NCBI RefSeq assembly: GCF_001194135.2
Contig: NC_068983.1
Span: 162,055,744 to 162,110,461, forward strand
DNA length: 54,718 nucleotides
Reading direction: 5' to 3'
From: Octopus bimaculoides
Lineage: Eukaryota
Numbering within the stretch: the first letter of the stretch is position 1; the number at the start of each line of letters is the position of its first letter. Under the pieces are notes generated by a model. That model was not told the DNA's origin, ran no database searches, and worked only from the letters and a program-made list of their open reading frames with translations. Below are positions 48,836 to 54,718 of the stretch, in pieces. The position numbers and the translations under genes were made by a program.

Positions 48836-50996
48836 TCACCATCATCATCAAGATCCTTTAACTGATGCAGCCAGTCGTTGGGCCGCGACGTTTGATGCTT
48901 TTGCAATCAACCGTCGCCATTGGTGTCGGTCCTCAGTCAATGCGTAACAGCATCGCATTTCTGTCACCAGTTCTGTCTTTGATGTTATCAGACCAGGATT
49001 TTCTCTGTCTCCCACTCTTTCTCCCCACTCAACTCTTTCCTGAAGGATGGTTTTGGACAGGGACTCGGGGCGGGCTAAGTGACAAAAGCTTGCTGTACCA
49101 GGTAAGCTTTCGTCTTTTTACCTGCGCAAGGAGTGGCTCCTGTCTGCCAGGGTATTTGTTGACTTGTCGTCAGACAAAGCTATTTGTTTTGTTGTCAGTG
49201 TAAGAGATGTGTAGCAGCCTTTTGAAGCACTCGAGCTCAAATGCCTGGATTCTTCGCTCCATATCAGCTGTAAGAGTCCAGTTCTCACACGCATATAGAA
49301 GGAGCAAAGTTACCAGAGACGTGTACACTCTGAGTCTTGTTGGAAACCTCGTAGAAATACTTATCCATATGATGTTCAGCTTCGTTAGAACAGCAGAGAC
49401 TGAAGTGAGTATTGATGTTATCCCTTTCTGAGATCTTCCGCCCTTGGCCAAAGTAGATCCCAGATACTTAAAGGCGTTCACTTCAAGTCTCTCTCCATTT
49501 AGCATGATATTGGTCGCTGTGTTCTGTTTGTTACAATGAATCATGATCTAACTCTTTTTCTGGGCTGATCTCCATTCCGTATGCTCCTGATACTTTTTCC
49601 AATCTGGTAGTGAGCTCCTGTAGTTCTGCTTCCTAACACGTCAATATCGTCAGTAAAGCGCAGGTTGAGCTGTCTTCCAATGAAAACAGAGGGATGGCGA
49701 TCTTGGAGTCTTGGAGGGGTGAAAGTTTTCCTGGAGAACATTATGCGGGAGCGTGTTGTTCTCTAAATAAGTTGTTGAAAAGCACTGGAGAGAGGAGGTA
49801 TCCTTGTCGAACACTCACTGCTGTCCAAAAGAATTTTCCGAATTTGTTGCTCAGAAGAACTGCACTTGTTTGATCTTTTATACAATGTTTGTTTACTTCG
49901 ATAAGGTTGTAGTTCTTCATCACTTGTCCCAGTTCTTCAACGCACCTAACTCGATCAAAAGCCTTTTTCAAGTCGGTGAAGTTATTGTAGAGGCCAGATT
50001 AGTGTTGCAAATGTTTCTCAGTGAGCAGTGCGATGTTAAATTTCCGCCCTACAATACTCATTTTGGCCCTAAATCCTGCTTGTTCTTCTGCAAGGATGTT
50101 CTATAATTCTGGCAGAGCCTTAAGCTGACTTTCTTGGAAATGGGTATCATCAATGATTGGGTCCACTGCTCCGTCTCCCGGTATTTTCTGGCGTGTAACT
50201 GTTGGTGCCTTGATAAGATTTGGTCTTCCATGTTCTACAAGTTCTGATGGGATGTATCCACTCCCGGAATTAACCATCTTTGAGCATGCTCACTGCCTTT
50301 TTGACTTCCTCATAGAAAATTGGAGTAAAGGCGGTGAGCTGGCAGAATCGGTAGTACGCCGGGCGAAATGCTTAGCGGTATTTCGTCTGCCGTTACGTTC
50401 TGAGTTCAAATTCCGTAAAGGTTGACCTTGCCTTTCATCCTTTCGGGGTCGATAAATTAAGTACCAGTTACGCACTGGGATCGATGTAATCGACTTAATC
50501 CCTTTGTCTGTCCTTGTTTGTCCCTTCTATGTTTAGTCCCTTGTGGGCAATAAAGAAATAAGAAAATTGGAATACCCACTAAGTTGTTGTAATTGTCAAG
50601 GATGCTGATATCATGTGTGAGTTTGCGACTGTAAAGGTCTCATCTGTCAGGATCAGGCCTGTTTTGTCCTCAGCGTGGTGTCTTTCTTTGTTTTGGTTTG
50701 GATTTTGAAAGTTTCATAAACAACCTGGCTGTTGGCGTTCTTTATCCCAGTCGCAATGACTTTCACTGCTCTGCCAGCCATTTCTCGCTGGCTTCCGCCA
50801 TTTCCTTCCTAATTTTCCTCTTCATAACATTGTACTGTTGACTTGCTTCCTGACCCATTAGCTTAGTCTTCCTCAGGTCTCGCCTTAAGTCACGTAGGTC
50901 CAGAATCTCATCAGTGACCCGTGGTTTCTTTTTCATTCGCCCCAACACTTCTGGAGCCATTTCCTTGAGTGCTTTTTTGATATTGTCAGTCAGAGG

Positions 50997-50997
<1 letters not shown>
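48836..50997 (-). mobile_element. RTE-clade LINE (second family), 5'-truncated, degenerate, interrupted by a SINE
   Basis: PRVTDEILDLRDLRR..; KKAFDRV; VRQGYLLSPVLFN; NLRFTDDID; FKYLGS; LLYACENWTLTADMERRIQAFELECFKRLLHISY; (GAT)n tail at 48836-48850. Confidence 0.9.
50328..50560 (+). mobile_element. SINE family B (tail type 1) inserted in the RTE, 14-bp TSD
   Basis: TSD AGAAAATTGGAGTA (50314-50327) / AGAAAATTGGAATA (50561-50574). Confidence 0.92.
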
Positions 50998-51072
<75 letters not shown>

Positions 51073-51494
51073 CTATTGGTAGAACTTCCGTAATTATTCT
51101 TCTGGTTTTTGCATGTTTACAGTTTTATATCAAACTGTAATACTGTCGGCTGTTGTTCTTGTATTCCGTATATTGTATTTCGTATATTGCGTTGCAATGG
51201 CTCCTTGTAAATTTATGGTCAACCGACGGGAAGAGTCCCACTTTTTGCGTTCACATGAAAAATCCTCATACGTATTCTCGTGTTCGTTGTTTGTCCACCG
51301 TTTCCTTTCAGAACCTGTCAACATCCGTATCACAACCTGTCGCATTTACACCTCGATTCCATGCCTTCTTAGGAGACCAACTCTCTGATGGGGGAGTGAC
51401 ACAGAATGCCAAGACGTTGATTCGAACACTGGACCTTTTGATGTCCAATCAGAAAATCCTCAAACAACAGCCGGAATTTTAACAGATTGTGTTA

Positions 51495-51751
51495 TGATGT
51501 CATTGAAATTTGGTCAATGAAATTATAGATGAATCTATCCCGCATGTTCCAGTGATGACGTCACCACACACACACTTTCCTTTGTGTTTGTGTGTGTGTG
51601 TGTGTTGTTGTAGTTGTTGTTGCTGCTGCTGCTGCTGAACAGACCAATAAACAAAGTCAATCCAGTCGTAACCGTCACATCTTTCCTTACAAATAGCGCA
51701 GCTAGGATTATCCGGTTAACCATTCCGATTTTTTAAGGTGTTATGACGTAA
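51495..51751. promoter_or_regulatory. Three CRE/ATF-like sites
   Basis: TGATGTCA 51495, perfect TGACGTCA 51556, TGACGTAA 51744. Confidence 0.2.
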
Positions 51752-51880
51752 TTTATGGACAATGTGGCTGTTATATCTAACAGATGAAGAGACCACATAA
51801 ATCTTTTCGGAGTTTTTATTTACAAGATATTTCTCAAATCAAAGAGTCCACATTTTTTTTTACTAAACGCTGATTCAATC

Positions 51881-51882
<2 letters not shown>

Positions 51883-51974
<92 letters not shown>
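51883..51974. repeat. (ATT)n microsatellite
   Basis: Direct reading. Confidence 0.98.
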
Positions 51975-52638
51975 TTGCATGGAAAAAAAATTTCAAGTTT
52001 CAAATCAAATTTTATGGACTTTTCCTTTTTTTGCGTTCAAATTGATAAGGTAGACATTTCCAAGTCTGACATAATGTTCGAAATATTGTCTGCAATTCAA
52101 GACAAAAGATAAACCTTCAGTTTGTAAGTTTTTCAACAATAACGGGATTGTTGTACTTTGTACACAAGAGAATTGGACACAAGCTGTTCTAGCAGTTCTA
52201 TGTAATATCGTTAGTTTTAATCGCAATAAAACGTGGCGGGGAGTACGTACACATAAACATTTATGCAATAAAATGTATAGGAATCTACAAATGTAGATAT
52301 CAGATAAGAGTATCTTTTGATAGTAAATAGCAGCTACTTAAACACGTTCTCTACTGATTTTCTTTGATTATTTCAACAGAACTGATGTATCGATTTCGTT
52401 GAGTTGAAAACGAGCCACACCTCGGAGCGATGACAAACAGAGGCTACGCTGATGAAATTCGAGCTCAGAATGTAGCGGACCTCACTGAATACTGCAATAC
52501 AATGAATGAGGCTAATTTGTTGAATAATCAAACCATTTGTTGTACCAGCTTCCTTCAACTCTCACTCTCTGTCATTGAAGTTTCAGCCACTTTCTCTGAA
52601 TTCCCTGCATTCTCGTATTTCATGATGTTTAGTTCAAT

Positions 52639-52775
52639 GTCGTAGCCACTGCCTGTCGTAGTCACTGCCTGTCGTAGCCACTGCCTGTCGTAGCCACTGC
52701 CTGTCGTAGCCACTGCCTATCGTAGCCACTGCCAATGTCGGTTGCTACTGCCTGGCACCGGGTAACTACTGCCCT
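52639..52775. repeat. 16-bp minisatellite GTCGTAGCCACTGCCT x6 plus 2 degenerate units
   Basis: Units start at 52639, 52655, 52671, 52687, 52703 and 52719. Confidence 0.95.
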
Positions 52776-53117
52776 CACCCCACCACTAAAATTATGGTAG
52801 AAATTAGTAAGAAAAAAAGAAACTTTAAAATGTTACATAACAAGAAGAGTGTTGTAGTTCGCTTGAAGCATTGTAGTACAGAAGTGGAATAATAAATGAA
52901 AAGGGAAACGATGAAAGCTTCTAACAATGCAGAGATGAAAGTCGAAACTCTACGGCACCGACAACACCATCTTCTGAGAAGCTGCTGCTACTAGTACAAG
53001 TACCGGTTTAAAACGAAGACACTGCCCATCCGGCTATCCGGCAGGATCTACGTAGATACACATTTCTTTGACGATACATTTCTCAAGATGGGCCTTGGCG
53101 CTCGGAATGTTTTTTGT

Positions 53118-53641
<524 letters not shown>

Positions 53642-54075
53642 ATATAATTATCTACACGCAACACAACAACAACAACAACAATTAGACGTTGGCCTTCTTT
53701 GGAAATGAACTTATGTCTCACCCTGTATTAGTCCTTTCTTCCAATGACTAATCTCAGAGACATAAGTGGAATTCGTTTAGTAGTTAATGTAGGAGCATTT
53801 ATCTCAGAATAGAAACGGACTAAAGGCAGTTACTGGTCACTAATAAATGATCTTACTTCAATCATTCCCTCCCAAAACTGCACAGTTTTATCGTCTGCTG
53901 TGTGGCTCAGAGCAGATATTTATCATGTGTTTCCGGAAGTTAGGTATTTATCGACATATATATAATTGGCCTACTGTTCCATATATCCATAGGGCTAGTG
54001 GTGTGTGTGTGTGTATGTATGTTTGTGTGTGTGTGTGTGTGCTTGTAACAGAGAAAGAAAGAAAGAGAGAGAGAG

Positions 54076-54118
<43 letters not shown>

Positions 54119-54408
54119 GTGTACGTGTGAAAGTGTGCATGTTTACGTGCCTACGTATAATTGAGTAGGTATGTATTCTCTTCTTTGACATACATGAAAA
54201 CTCACATTCCACGCACGCAGACATAAATATACTGGATATACATGTGTAAATGTATGTACACGTGTGTGTAGAGGTGTATGTGTATATATAAAAATGTGTG
54301 TGTTAGTTTATGTGTGTATGTATAAATATTTATTATATATATATGTATGTATGTATGATTGTATGTATGTATGTATGTATCTATCTATCTATCTATCCAT
54401 CTATATAT

Positions 54409-54450
<42 letters not shown>

Positions 54451-54718
54451 TTAGGGAAAATAACCAATTTTCAAGAACTCATCGATGAAAATCCACTATC
54501 ACATATAGAAAAATTAATAATTAAAAGCACAATAAATGAGTATAATATAAAGTAAAGTAAATATCATAAGATAAATATAATAAAAAGATTACACGTGTTT
54601 CATAACCAATTTTCAAATAGAAAAGAAATTTAAATCGATTAAAATCATCGAAAATAAGTTCTATTCAAAAATATAGCTACTCGTCAGATCGTAATTAGAA
54701 CAATAATTAGATATATAT

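Noticed and set aside
51375-51420. CTCTGATGGGG..GCCAAGACGTTG
   Set aside because: Too degenerate at both core halves to call a hammerhead.
52430-52645. 71-aa ORF downstream of an acceptor-like site at 52379
   Set aside because: All three frames from the acceptor hit stops within about 30 bp; no homology recognised.
52639-52775. Regular short repeats as a CRISPR candidate
   Set aside because: Contiguous units without spacers, in a eukaryotic context.

Overview
Non-coding, repeat-saturated eukaryotic DNA: an AT-rich animal draft assembly with many N gaps flanked by microsatellites. The SINE, microsatellite and gap landscape looks like a coleoid cephalopod, probably Octopus (inference from recall, not a database hit). 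No host protein-coding gene or true RNA gene can be supported; nearly all long ORFs in the track are artefacts of microsatellites and N runs. Recognisable coding remnants are all transposon-derived: three RTE-clade LINE fragments, two 3' ends of a restriction-like-endonuclease (RLE) non-LTR retrotransposon, three Tc1/mariner-superfamily derivatives, a hAT (Buster/Charlie-like) transposase piece and a probable Penelope-like GIY-YIG remnant. There are about 20 copies or fragments of at least four tRNA-derived SINE families (called A, B, D, E here), several MITEs and several foldback hairpins. The most notable observations are: about 8 different degenerate minimal hammerhead-ribozyme-like motifs (Penelope-type); an RTE with three in-frame C-terminal C2H2 fingers; an RLE retroelement embedded in (ATAC)n that carries a perfect 27-bp hairpin insertion; a 555-bp inverted repeat pair 3.5 kb apart; and unrelated 140-260 bp palindromic elements at TA sites.
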